Of a DNA stretch of 64,000 nt, positions 1 through 12,176 are shown piece after piece. A model generated the notes under the pieces. It did no database searches, was not told the origin of the DNA, and saw only the letters and a list, made by a program, of their open reading frames with translations. Source of the stretch: Octopus sinensis (Eukaryota); assembly GCF_006345805.1 (NCBI RefSeq), contig NC_043000.1, positions 68,572,001 to 68,636,000 on the forward strand, read 5' to 3'. Made by a program: the position numbers and the translations under genes. Every line of letters starts with the position of its first letter. Positions within the stretch are counted from its first letter, which is position 1.

Positions 1-545
1 GAAATTCGCTTTCGCCATAAATCAATAAATAAAGAGTTAATAGCTTTTAAAGTTATCAAATGTTTGGTAATTTTAGCCAATCGAAGGCCAAAGACATGTA
101 GGTGCCTGTTTCCATAGTAACAAGGCAAGCGTTGAAAAAGTGTTTACGAAAAGCCACGTTTTTTCAAACTGATATTTTACTTTGTGTTTTCCTTCTTAAA
201 CCTATCTTTTTCTGCTCTTAAAACTATAATGTGTGTCCTTTACTCCTTTTCGCATTGAATGCATATTGAATGTTTAAAACTACAAAATATGTGTTGTTTA
301 CTCGTATTGGGGATCATTTTCGCTTAATAAATGCTTAGGACAGATGCTATCGTCGCAATGTTGACATTTTTGTTTCGTCATCGTACGATTGCTGTCACTC
401 ACAAAAATCACTGCTTCCAAATCCTGTTTTCTGACTGGGTAAAAAGTATCAAACTTTAAACCTGTGTAACGTTAACAAAAAAGAACAAAACAAAATCTGG
501 AATAAGTGAATTAGGTCCAGAGATTCTGCGTGAAAAATTATGTCA
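1..545 (+). mobile_element. Non-autonomous DNA-transposon-like repeat (family F), partial copy carrying a CCAAT box and an X-box
   Basis: Colinear blocks shared with 31070-32540 and 47710-49230 (ttggtaattttagccaatcg, gtttccatagtaac, gcattgaatgcatattgaatg, tcctgttttctgactgggtaaaaa). Confidence 0.65.
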
Positions 546-689
546 ATACATTATGTTTGAAGATTTTCACTTGATTTTAAAATTTCAAAAAGTACAGCCA
601 AGGGAAAAAACGAACCCCCCCCCCCAAAAAAAAAATACGGTAAATATGAATATTGATTTCTTTCAAAATAATGTATGAATATAGAGAGT

Positions 690-960
690 ACGAAACCCAC
701 TTTGCAACCACGTGGTTTTGGGTTCCGTCCCACTGCGCAGTGCACTATACTATAACCAAATTGAGTTAATTTGGTAGGCGGAAACTGTGCGGAAACTCGT
801 TGTGTGTAGGTCTTTGTGTTTTGCTTCCCCACTGCTGTTCGTTTGTTTACGTTCCCATAACAGTTCGTCAAAAGAGACTGATAGAATAACTACCAACTTT
901 CTTGAAAAATAAGAACTGAGATCGATTTATGATTCACTTAAACCTGCCGTGACGGTTACC
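690..960 (+). mobile_element. Degraded SINE family B copy
   Basis: accacgtggttttgggttccgtcccactgcg head; gacggaaactg-like and gagactgatagaataa motifs match the other B copies. Confidence 0.6.
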
Positions 961-1672
961 CTGAACGGCTGCTGTTCGATGTCTGAAACAAGTAAACGAT
1001 AAAAGGATAGAAGTGCTCAGCCTGGTCTTGACTCTGGTGGCTAAAGCAAATTAAACAGTTAAAGAAATTAAAAGAGCTAAAGAACCGTGTGATTAAAAAA
1101 TTCCCTTAGCGTCATCAGTCTGATCAGTATCTTCTGATCCGTATTTCATTTAGTAAACGGAAGGAAACTGTGCCGAAGCGCGTCATACAGGTACATGTGT
1201 GTGTCTGTTTGTTTGTCTTTGCATTCACATTTGCGTTGTGTTTCTTTTTGTCTCATAACTTAGCGGTTCGGCAGAGTTGGTTTAAATAAGTGCCGACTTG
1301 AAGTAAGCAACGATGCTGATGTGATCGACTTAATCAAATTAGAACAAGCAAAAAACAAATATCATTTGTAAATTAAAATGTAAAACCCTAACAGAAACCG
1401 GAACTTACATTAACGTAGCGATCTTCTATAGCCAGGGGTACATTTTGTCCTTGAGCAGAACACTTTAGTTTATATTTCTCCAATCCACTCAGCTAGCAAA
1501 AATTTTTCTGTATTTCGCATTTTGTGTCATGGTGGATCTCCCTGAGAACTACGTTAAGGTTACACTCAGCCACTTGCACGTTAATTTCACGAGCAGGCTG
1601 TTCCGTTGATTGGATCAACTGGAAAACTTGTCGTCGTTACCGACAGTGTCAGCTATACACACACACACACAA

Positions 1673-2040
1673 GGCGGCAAGCTGGGGGAAACGTTAGCAC
1701 GCCGGGCGAAATGCTTAGCGGTATTTCGCCTGCCGTTACATTCTGAGTTCAAATTCCACCGAGGTCGACTTTGCCTTTCATCCTTTCGGGGTCGATTAAA
1801 TAAGTACCAGTTATGCACTGAGGTTGATGTAATCGACTTAATCCGTTTGTCTGTCCTTGTTTGTCCCCATAATCTATATAAGCATAATCCCTTGTGGGTA
1901 GTAAAGAAATAGGTATTTCGTCTGCCATTACGTTCTGAGGTCAAATTCCGCCGAGGTCAACTTTGCCTTTCATCCTTTCAGGGTCGATAAATTAAGTACC
2001 CTCTATGTTTAGCCCTTTGTGGGCAATAAAGAAATAAGAT
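1673..2040 (+). mobile_element. tRNA-derived SINE family A with internal duplication
   Basis: ggcggc..gctgg..gaaacgttagcacgccgggcgaaatgc head, B-box-like gagttcaaattcc, central gaggtcgactttgcctttcatcctttcggggtcga domain present twice. Confidence 0.9.
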
Positions 2041-2079
2041 ACACACACACACACACACAAATATATGTATGCGTGTGTA

Positions 2080-2142
<63 letters not shown>

Positions 2143-2228
2143 TTATTTGTCCCCTCTATGTTTAGCCCTTTGTGGGCAATAAAGAAATAAGATACACACA
2201 CACACACAAATATATGTATGCGTGTGTA

Positions 2229-2260
<32 letters not shown>

Positions 2261-2290
2261 GTGTGTGTGTGTGTGTGTGTGTGTATAGAT
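2001..2290 (+). repeat. Tandem duplication (~150 bp unit) of SINE tail plus (CA)n/(TG)n
   Basis: ccctctatgtttagccctttgtgggcaataaagaaataagatacacac...aaatatatgtatgcgtgtgtattt occurs twice. Confidence 0.9.
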
Positions 2291-2425
2291 AAACACACAC
2301 ATTCATAATGTATGCAATTACTTGTACGTTTGAAATCTCATTCCTCCTCTGTCACTTTCAGACATTCGACTTCTTCCATTTTCAACATAATATGATACAG
2401 TACGACACATTTCTCCGATACTCAC

Positions 2426-2521
2426 ATTTTCTTTCCTTTCCATAAACTCTATCCATCTAACTGACTGAAGAAGATCCAAAGTTCGAAGCTTCAAAGGCAA
2501 AATTCGGCTTTCAGTGTCAAT
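2426..2521 (-). CDS. Candidate internal exon, unidentified protein (IDTESRILPLKLRTLDLLQSVRWIEFMERKEN)
   Basis: Acceptor tttttag|, donor AAT|gtgagt, 96 nt, phase 0-0, open frame, non-repetitive sequence. Confidence 0.5.
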
Positions 2522-3489
2522 CTAAAAATTACACATTCTTTCACTTTGTCTTGTGGATAATTTTGAAAAGTGCACACTCGCACCCGCCCGCGCATACACA
2601 AAATTTATTACCTTAAAAATATTTGAATTGTTGAAAATCGTTTCGAAACATTTCTGGAATAAGTTTTAAATTCCATATCCTAATAAGGTGATGGTGCAAG
2701 GAGTTTAATCGAATAGGTGGTTGATACAACAATTTGAAATTTCAATAGTAAGCAAATATTTATATAAATATGGAAGTGCAACACTAATGTAAGTGTATAT
2801 TATTTTTGTATATCATTAGAAAAAAAAAACGGTATTTGTGTAGGTAAGCGGCCAAATGTGAAACTAAATTGAATGTATTTGAATTGTTCTTGTCTATGCC
2901 ACCTTGTGTGTGTACGTATACATATATTATTGTGAATGTGCTAAAACAAACAAGAAAATACAAAAGGGATTCTACCGGCGAATAAGACCTGAGTCACTAA
3001 ATAGGTTTAAACATGACTATAAACAAAATTACATTCACAAGTTTGCATTGATCTCAAAAGTCAAAGAAACTCTATGAACCTACGTGTGCGAATGTGTTAT
3101 AAGCAAAGTGTTGTATAAATAGGTCGAATGATGTACTTATTATGGCTGAATCGCAATAAAGTAATTCAGTGTACCATAGACGTTTAAAAAAAAAGTTTTA
3201 ATGGGTGATGTATTAAACAAACCAATGCATAATGTTGTCTTTGCGACATTTTTGTATTTAGAATGAAAGGACATCTCCGTATTTCATTTATATCAAGATG
3301 GGGAGGGTCTGGAGTTTAACGGGGGTAAAATCATTTGTGCGGGAACGAAATTTGTTAAAGGGATGCAAACCCCGGTCTAAATCTTTTTACAAACAAGGTC
3401 GACTTTTTTATTCTTAATATCAAGACAAAGTCAGGTATAAATACAGTGATAACAACACCAACAACAACAATAATGATAATAATTGTTTA

Positions 3490-3930
3490 AAAGATGGGCT
3501 ACAGTAAATATTCTGTTCAATGCCACAGATTTGTTTGCCAGTTGCTTGACTTTAACCAGTTGAACATGTCTCTTAGTGGCTGACGATATGTGCATCCCTG
3601 ATCACGAGCAGAAGTAGTGGGGAAGCATCATAGCTATGTGTTGAGAGGAATTTTGTAGGGTTTGGATAATTCACCTTTGGAAACATGGGTGCTTTATTCA
3701 ACATCCTTAAACAACCCCTATTCAGGGACCTTTTGAGCGTAATTGGTCACTCGACCTGAAGAAAATTCTAACTGGGCTCCATCTGCAAGGTCATGCGCTG
3801 TTAATCTTGATGTGAGATCGCCATGTCGCGCACATATGGTTGTGATGCATGTGACTGGTTTACTCTTATCAGACGAGTAGTCATGATGGGTCTACTGGGC
3901 TTCGTAAATTTTACCATAGCGTCATTTTGA
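3490..3930 (-). mobile_element. Dispersed retro-repeat family C
   Basis: Reverse complement of 38690-39165 (tcgtcagccactaag, catggctatgatgct, aagggttgtttaaggatgttgaa). Confidence 0.85.
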
Positions 3931-3954
3931 GGGCATGCACTGCTCTCTCACTCA

Positions 3955-4050
3955 GTAGTAGTAGTAGTAGTAGTAGGAGGAGGAGGAGGAGGAGGAGTGG
4001 TGGTGGTGGTGGTGGTGGTAGTAGTAGTAGTGGTGGTGGCGGTGGTGGTG

Positions 4051-4109
<59 letters not shown>

Positions 4110-4127
4110 TAGTAGTAGTAGTAGTAG
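3955..4127. repeat. Compound (AGT)/(GGA)/(GGT) microsatellite
   Basis: Direct reading; source of the 3927-4112 poly-S/G ORF. Confidence 0.95.
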
Positions 4128-4129
4128 TC

Positions 4130-4331
4130 CTTTCTATTATAGACTCAGGGCTTGAAATTTGGGGGAAGAGATTAAATCGATTACATCAACTTCAGTACTT
4201 AACTGGCACTTAATTTATCAACACCGAAAGGATGAATGGCAAAGTCGACCTCAGCGGAATTTGTAATCAGAACATAAAGATAGACGAAACGCCGCTAAGT
4301 ATTTCGCCCAGCATGCTAACGATTCTGCCAG

Positions 4332-4334
<3 letters not shown>
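4130..4334 (-). mobile_element. SINE family A
   Basis: Reverse complement match (aaaggatgaatggcaaagtcgacctc ... gctaacgattctgccagctc). Confidence 0.85.
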
Positions 4335-4394
<60 letters not shown>

Positions 4395-4526
4395 GTATTT
4401 GTATATCAATCAAATCAGATCAATCCAGTAATGGAAAGGTAATGTTTCGAATCCGTCCAAAATGTTTCTATGCTTGTTCGTTTTGGCGATGAAGTTTTTC
4501 AGGTTGTTCAAAACGTTTTCATTGCC

Positions 4527-5095
<569 letters not shown>

Positions 5096-5420
5096 TTAAT
5101 GCTACATTGTATGTACTACAAAATATATCTATAGATTTTAGACGTCGTTGTAATTAACAGATGCAAACATTGTATCTTTCTTTATATACACTACGTGTTC
5201 AAGGAGACACTGCTTACAAGCTTGCAATTATTAAGGGTCTGAGTTAGTTGGATGCATCAGGTGACATATACAACGCATTTGTCAGCTAGATAGATCAGTG
5301 AATTGTGGTGCAGCCACGCGCGCGCGCACACAAACACACAAATACACACATATGCATATACATGCATATATGTTTGTATGTACGTAAATATGTATTTATG
5401 TATGTTCGTCTGTGTAAGTG

Positions 5421-5452
<32 letters not shown>

Positions 5453-5461
5453 TGTATGTAT

Positions 5462-5750
5462 GTACGCAAAGGTGCCCAAAAGAAACCGGAACTTTGCAAT
5501 GTTATTTTATTCACTAAGATTTACATGTTTACACTTTTATCGCCTTCAAACTATTCTCCATTTGAAGCAATGCATCGGTCCAGACACCTTTTACACTAGT
5601 GGAAGCAATGGTGGAACTCTTGCGAAGTGATGCTTTTTAACGCCTCCGTCGTTTTTTATCTTCACCTCTTCTACATCTGCAAATTCCGAAGCACCAGCTT
5701 TTGTCACCAGAGATGACCTTCGAAAAAGGTCCGGATCAATTTCCAACTGT
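5462..5750. mobile_element. Mariner-type non-autonomous fragment
   Basis: Starts tac..aaggtgcccaaaagaaaccggaact (mariner-like TIR after TA), followed by tactctccatttgaagcaat-type subterminal sequence; second TIR not seen. Confidence 0.5.
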
Positions 5751-5751
5751 T

Positions 5752-5815
<64 letters not shown>

Positions 5816-6663
5816 AAGGAGGGAGGGAGGGAGAGAGAAAGGGAAAGATCTGTGACGTCTATGAGTTCGGTGTTTTTATTTTATAAAGCTTGTTACCAAT
5901 CCCTGTATAATCATTTCCCCCGATATTGAAAGTTCTTATAACAACTAGTACAGGTCAAATGAAGATGTCAGAATGGGTATTGTATTGTGGAAATGTTATA
6001 AGCAACATTGTTGTTGCTTCAGAATTCCGATGACCATATTTTCTTGACCCTCTCTGAGATATTCATTTCTCGAACTCTCCATATTAATGATCCGTCCATC
6101 ATACCTGACATTTTCCTTCTGTCCAAAGGACTGCTGGAACTTGGCTGCCAAAAGTAAAGATTGTATTGTTAAGCTATTTATACTTAATCTTGAGTAGGAC
6201 AGAATTTTACCACGTTTTGCTTGACCAAATTTCATTCCAATTTAAATGGGTTACCCAATCCAATTGCTCTTTTGATGTCATTAATACTAATTTGTCTCCG
6301 AAGAAAATGTGAGAGACGCTTCTGAATTTAGTGAATCCATTTCTAGGCAGATTAGGTTTGTTAAGCAGCTATGGTAATAGTTCCAAGGAGAAGACTAAGA
6401 ACAGTACTGATTCGCTTCCATTTTACATGATACCACTTCGCATATGATGTCAAATTGGATTTGTTAGTTATCACCTTTGAGAAATAAAGTGGTCTAGTTT
6501 TTGGTTAGGCGTTGGACAGCAGTTACTAATAGTGATACGTTGGATAATTAAAATACTTTGAAAATCCAACCATGTGTATTGCTCGAAAATTTCTGGTAAT
6601 CCAGCTTCCCTGCAGCCAAGTTCCAGCAGTCCTTTTCTGTTTTTTACTATATCATTTTGTTAA

Positions 6664-6950
6664 CTAGTAGCTGTTTATACAAGCCGATATTTGTAATATT
6701 GTTTGTGGCACAATGGACAGATTAAGGCCCTTAGCGAATATTTTATCCATAATAACAAATTCAGGCAACCAACGTATATCTGATACGTAATGTTCATGCA
6801 GATAATTTTTAGCTTGGATGGTTTGGAATTTTTTAAAAATAGGGAGCGTAATGTTAGTTGCCAGCCGTTTAGGTATATTTAACATATCACTGATGTTCTT
6901 CCCATACAATACAATCAAATTTCGCCGATAAAAGATGAGATTCTTGAACC
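6664..6950 (-). pseudogene. Coding-like open frame of ~95 codons, unidentified
   Basis: WFKNLIFYRRNLIVLYGKNISDMLNIPK...INSY*; after a frameshift it continues into KGLLELGCREAGLPEIFEQYTWLDF; no convincing splice sites. Confidence 0.25.
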
Positions 6951-7916
6951 ACTATCCTATGATAATATCTGAACCTTGGCAAGCAATCTATTCAATATTT
7001 GGTGTTTATTATAAGTCGATTTATAATTTACTCTGCCACTAATGGCCATAAGTTATTGATTTAACTGAGGTGGTTTAGTGTTTTAAAATTTTTAATTTTG
7101 TGTTTCCGAATTACTTTTCTACATCTTTTGTGGTTGTGTTGTTTATGTTACATTTCAAACTACGGAAATCTGTAAATCTCTTCTTCGTAGAAATAAAATT
7201 ATATATTTTAAGTAACGGACCCATCTTTACTCAGAATGTTTGCTTGTATCTTGATTGCGTAGCTTCGTTCGGCTCCTGCTGATGAACTAGGAGTGTGATT
7301 GCTGACACATACATCAAGAGATTTATAGTCTCATATGTTATTTTTATGCCCTTGACTGGGCACCTTTTAGGTAATTTCCTGCTGTTTCATCTACTATAAT
7401 CCAGTTCTAGTTGGCAAGGCTCTTTTCATATATTTGTTTTGAAAAGACTGTCTTTCAAGTCGTACATACAGATACATACGTACGTGCGTATGTATGTATG
7501 TATGTATGTATGTATGTATGTATGTATGTATGTATGTATGTATGTATGTATGTATGTATGTATATGTATGTATGTATGTATGTATGCTTTCATAAGTTTA
7601 GCTTGCTCAGTAATATTAGATTTTACATTGATATATGTGTGGGAATATCTTCAGAATGTTGGCTGAATAGCTTGTATATTACACATATAATAAGTCGAGG
7701 TGTAAATGTTTTCTCCTTGCCGTTAAAGTCAATCATAATCTCCCATGTCATTTATCTATTTCTCTTCCACCACTTCAATGTCACCGCTGCCGCCGCTGTT
7801 GTCCCCGTCGTCGTAGTCATTATCATGATCATCATCGATATCATCAACGACGTCCTCACATCATTTCACCACTACCAATAATACCACTTCAATAGAAACT
7901 CCTTTACCATCACTGT

Positions 7917-8250
7917 GAAGGTGTATGGCTCATTGGTTAGAGCGTCGGACTTACTATCATGAGGTAGTGAGTTCGATTCCCAGATCGGACTCTGTGTTGT
8001 GTTCTTGAGCAAGACTCTTTATTTCACGTTTCTTCTGTTCACTTAGCTGTAGAAATGAGAAACTGTATTAATATTTGCTTTTCTCTTGGATAACAGCGGT
8101 GGCGTGGAGAGAGGAGACTGGTATGCATGGGCGACTGCTCGTCTTCCATAAAACAACTTTGCCCAGACTTGTGCCTCGGAGGGGAACTTTCTAGGTGCAA
8201 TCCCATGCTCATTCATGACCGAAGGGCGTCTTTACCCTTTTACCATTACC
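7917..8250 (+). mobile_element. tRNA-derived SINE (third family)
   Basis: A-box tggctcattggttag, B-box gagttcgattccc, CORE-like ttcttgagcaagactcttt, tail ctttacccttttacc. Confidence 0.75.
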
Positions 8251-9804
8251 GTTAGGGTATTGTCTATATGGTCGACCGGCCTTCTAGAAGTAGCAACCAA
8301 ATCTCTTTAAACCACACGCTACCGTAAAATATATTAAAGAAAAAAACACTGGATAAATGAAGTCCTACATACAGTACGTCTGAAAAAAAATGATGCGATA
8401 GTCACGGGTGGAATGCCTGTTAGATCAGAGTTGGTTTGAAGCTAAACACCAGCAAGAATAGCATAAGTCATTGTTCAAACCATCAGCACCACTAACACCA
8501 TCATCACTCCCACCTTCACTAACACCATCATAACGTTAATGATTTTTTTTTGTTTCGCCCCAGGTAGGTCATGATGGAGCAGACCTATGATCAAGTTGAA
8601 TCTAATCATGACTGCCCGTATTTTCGTGTATCTATGACTACTACACTATGCTTCTCTTTTAAGATGGTGTGGAGTAATTTGAGGTAATTTAACTGGCATT
8701 TATAGTAGGTCGAGACATCAAACAGCAACTTACCAGTTAATTTGAACGAATGGAACCAGGAGCATGGTCGATTTCATTGATTCCAGTATGATGTTATTTT
8801 ATCAGCACTGTGAAGTGGAAAATCAACCCCAGAGTGATTTGCACTCAAGAAGTAGAAATTTGAGATTTGATACTATAAGAAAACGGTTTTGTCAAACATC
8901 ACGCTGTCTTTCAATATTAATTTGAAAGTAAAAAGAATATAACCACAATAGCATCAATGGTTTCTTATATAGACACCTTGCTTCAAATTTGGAGTTGAAA
9001 CAGTCGCTTATTTCGACCCCATGTTCAACTTTTATTTTATCGACCCGGTGCTTGAGTTTTATTCTGTCGACTCCGAGAAGATGAAAGGTAAACCTGAACT
9101 CGACGGTATTCGAACTTAGAACGTTAAAGAATCAAAAGGGAAATTACAAGAATAATAACCATAATAACAAGAATAACATCTTAAGCATCACCACTTGTAC
9201 GTCTTTCATCTTCTCTATTAACACCAACAACTGGAAGAAAACAACAAGAATAGCGACTGCAATAGCAACAAACACCGCGAAGTGTAAGTAACCATTATTG
9301 GATTTTGCCGTCTACTCATTAGTCACGTATTTTAAGAATCTATTAGAACCTAAGAGATCACGTGGATCAGTTTGCTCAGTTTTTCTTTTATGGCTGGCTG
9401 CTTCAAACAAGATTTAATTGAAATACTGATACAACACCTTCGTCGGAAACGAGGTAATAATTTCCACCCTCAGCTTTGGAGTACACATGTTGATTTGTTT
9501 ACTTAAGCAATAAAACTGTGAATTCTTTGAGTTACTTTCGCCACTTAAATATCTCTACTTGTCTATCCAACTTAAGGCCTACACCATTTTAGTACTACTG
9601 AAACTAGCACCATCGCCATCAGCAACTCTTCCACCAAAAAATGCTACTTTCATCTTCTCTACATCTCAATTTTGTATCATCCATTTCGTGTGATTGGAAA
9701 TTTTTGTATAAAAATCAAAGAACATTTTACATTTCTTGCTTCAAATACATAGTTTATTTCATTTTTCATTTACTAACCACTGCAATCATCAAGATAATTT
9801 TTAC

Positions 9805-10127
9805 CTGCTCTTTTCAGCACTAAAATGCTGGCCTGTAGCTTATCTTTCAGCCAATTTAAAAATAACATGTACAAGCATATTTTGTCTATGAAGTAATGTT
9901 TGATACAAAAGGGATTGTTTAACAAGATAATTGCTTCTGATTTCGTAACAATTGTAATTAGACTGCAGAGAACCAGAAAGTAATCGAACAGCGATAATAA
10001 TCTCCCTTCCTCGCATGAAAAGCCCCGTGATTTTACAAACGTTAACAGAGGATTTTGTTCATGAATGGATAAGTCTATTCTCCAATGAATCAACTCTACT
10101 TTAAGTTGTTGGCAGTTAGAATTTTCA
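9805..10127 (-). CDS. Candidate internal exon (~107 codons), unidentified, predicted helical protein
   Basis: Open frame ENSNCQQLKVELIHWRIDLSIHEQNPLL...LQASILVLKRA ending in GCAG|gtaaaa; acceptor is weak and uncertain. Confidence 0.4.
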
Positions 10128-10647
10128 CTGCTTTCATTCAAAATTTAATCCAGACACAATATCCTAAATAAATCATTTAATCCGAAATTCAAGTCACGAG
10201 TTATTCTAAAAGCATAAGGTAAAGTTGTTTTAAAATTTTCATTTACTAACCACTGTAATCATCAGGATAATTTTTTACCTGCTCTTTTCAAAACCAAAAT
10301 GCGTGCCTGTAGCTTAATCTTTCAGCCAGTTTATAAATGACATGTACAAGCATATTTTTTCTATGAAGTAATGTTTGATGCATCACAAATCTCAAGTTAA
10401 TCTTTGAGTTGCAAATCTAATCCGTCATCCGGTTTAGTACCATCATTTCTCACCTCATCCCTCCTACATTCGGAGGTGGTTTACAGTGAAGTCTCCTTTG
10501 CAAGTATTCGGATCTAAGTAGATACTTTGGGTCACTTCTTTGTTCTACAGCAACCCACATTCCTTCCATCACTCATCCTTCATCTACTTTCGGAATCTTG
10601 CAGGGGTCAACATCACTTCATCGTCATCTGACCATAACATAAAAATA

Positions 10648-10730
<83 letters not shown>

Positions 10731-10731
<1 letters not shown>

Positions 10732-11480
10732 GGCGGCGAGCTGGCAGAATTATTAGCACGCTGGACGAAATGCTTAGCAGTATTTCGCCTATCGCTACGT
10801 ACTAAGTTCAAATTCCGCCGAGGTCGACTTTGCCTTTCATTCTTTCGGGGTCGATAAATTAAGTACTAGTTGAGTACTGAGGTCGATGTAATCGACTAGT
10901 ACCCTCATCCAAAATTTCAAAACGGATTATTATTATTATTATTACTACTATTGTTATTATTAGACGTGCAAAATGCTTAACGGCATTTCACCCCTCTTTA
11001 CATTCTGAGTTGAAATTCCTCCGAGGTCGACTTTGCCTTTCATCATTTCGGGGTTGATAAATTAAGTACTAGTTGAGTACTGGGGTCGATGTAATCGACT
11101 TAATCCCTCACCCAAAATTTCAGGCCTTCTGCCTATAGTAGAAAAGATTATTATTATTATTAAAGGCGACGAGCTGGCAGAATCGTTAGCGCGCGGGACG
11201 AAATGCTTAGTGGTATTTCACCGTCGCTACGTTCTGACTTCAAATTCCGCCGAGGTCGACTTTGCCTTCCATCTTTTCGGGGTCGATAAATTAAGTGCCA
11301 GTTACGCACTGGAGTCGAGGTAATCGAGTGGTCCCTTTCCCCAAAATTTGAAGCCTTGTGCCAATAGTGGAAAAGATTATTAAGGCGGCGAGCTGACAGA
11401 ATCGTTAGCACACTGGATGAAATGGCTAACGGTTTTTTATTCAATCTTAACGTTCGGAGTTTAAATTCCGACGAGGTCAA
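10731..11480 (+). mobile_element. Head-to-tail array of four SINE family A copies separated by (TTA)n
   Basis: Copies at ~10731, ~10960 (5'-truncated), 11161 and 11381 (3'-truncated), each following a ttattatta run. Confidence 0.9.
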
Positions 11481-11762
11481 CACGGGTATTCACAATAGTT
11501 TTTTAACGGTTCTTGAAGAAATTTTGCTTTAGATATATGCATTGGTGTGTATTGCAAAAAAAAAAAACAGCTAAATTTCTTTCTTTAACATTTGACATAG
11601 TTCAACCTACACAAGTTAATGTGTGAAAAAACAAAATAGGAATTTCAAAGCTTCTATAAAACTAGTTTTTAAACATTAAATAGCTATGGGGGTCGGTCCA
11701 CAAGATTAAAATAATTATCGAAAGGGGTCCATAGATAAAAGATGGTTGAAAACTCATGTTTT
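11481..11762. mobile_element. hAT/Charlie-type MITE fragment
   Basis: Ends ggggtccatagataaaagatggttgaaaac; related to 55454-55675 and 63790-63952. Confidence 0.55.
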
Positions 11763-11784
11763 AGTAGAAACGATTATTATTATT

Positions 11785-12175
11785 AAAGGCGGCGAGCTGG
11801 CAGAAATGTTACCACGCCGGGCGAAATGTGTAGCCGTATTTCGTCTGCCGCTACGTTCTGAGTTCAAATTCCGCCGAGGTCGACTTTGCCTTTCATCCTT
11901 TCGGGGTCGATAAATTAAGTACCAGTTATGCACTGGGGTCGAGGTAATCGACTTAATCCGTTTGTCCTCTCTGTGTTTAGCCCCCTGTAGGTAGTAAAGA
12001 AAAAGATATAGGTATTTCGTCTGCCGTTACGTTCTGAGTTCAAATTCCGCTGAGGTTGACATTTCCTTTCTTCCTTTCGAGGTCGATAAAAAACGGAACC
12101 GTTTGGGTACTGGGGTCGATGTAATCGACTATCCCCCAAATTTCAGGCCTTGTGCCTTTAGTAGAAAGGATTATT
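11785..12175 (+). mobile_element. SINE family A, long form with duplicated central domain
   Basis: Same architecture as 1673-2040; ends agtagaaaggattatta. Confidence 0.9.
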
Positions 12176-12176
12176 A

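Noticed and set aside
7917-7990. tRNA-like A/B boxes here and at SINE-A/B heads
   Set aside because: No complete cloverleaf; they continue into SINE bodies, so they are not called tRNA genes.
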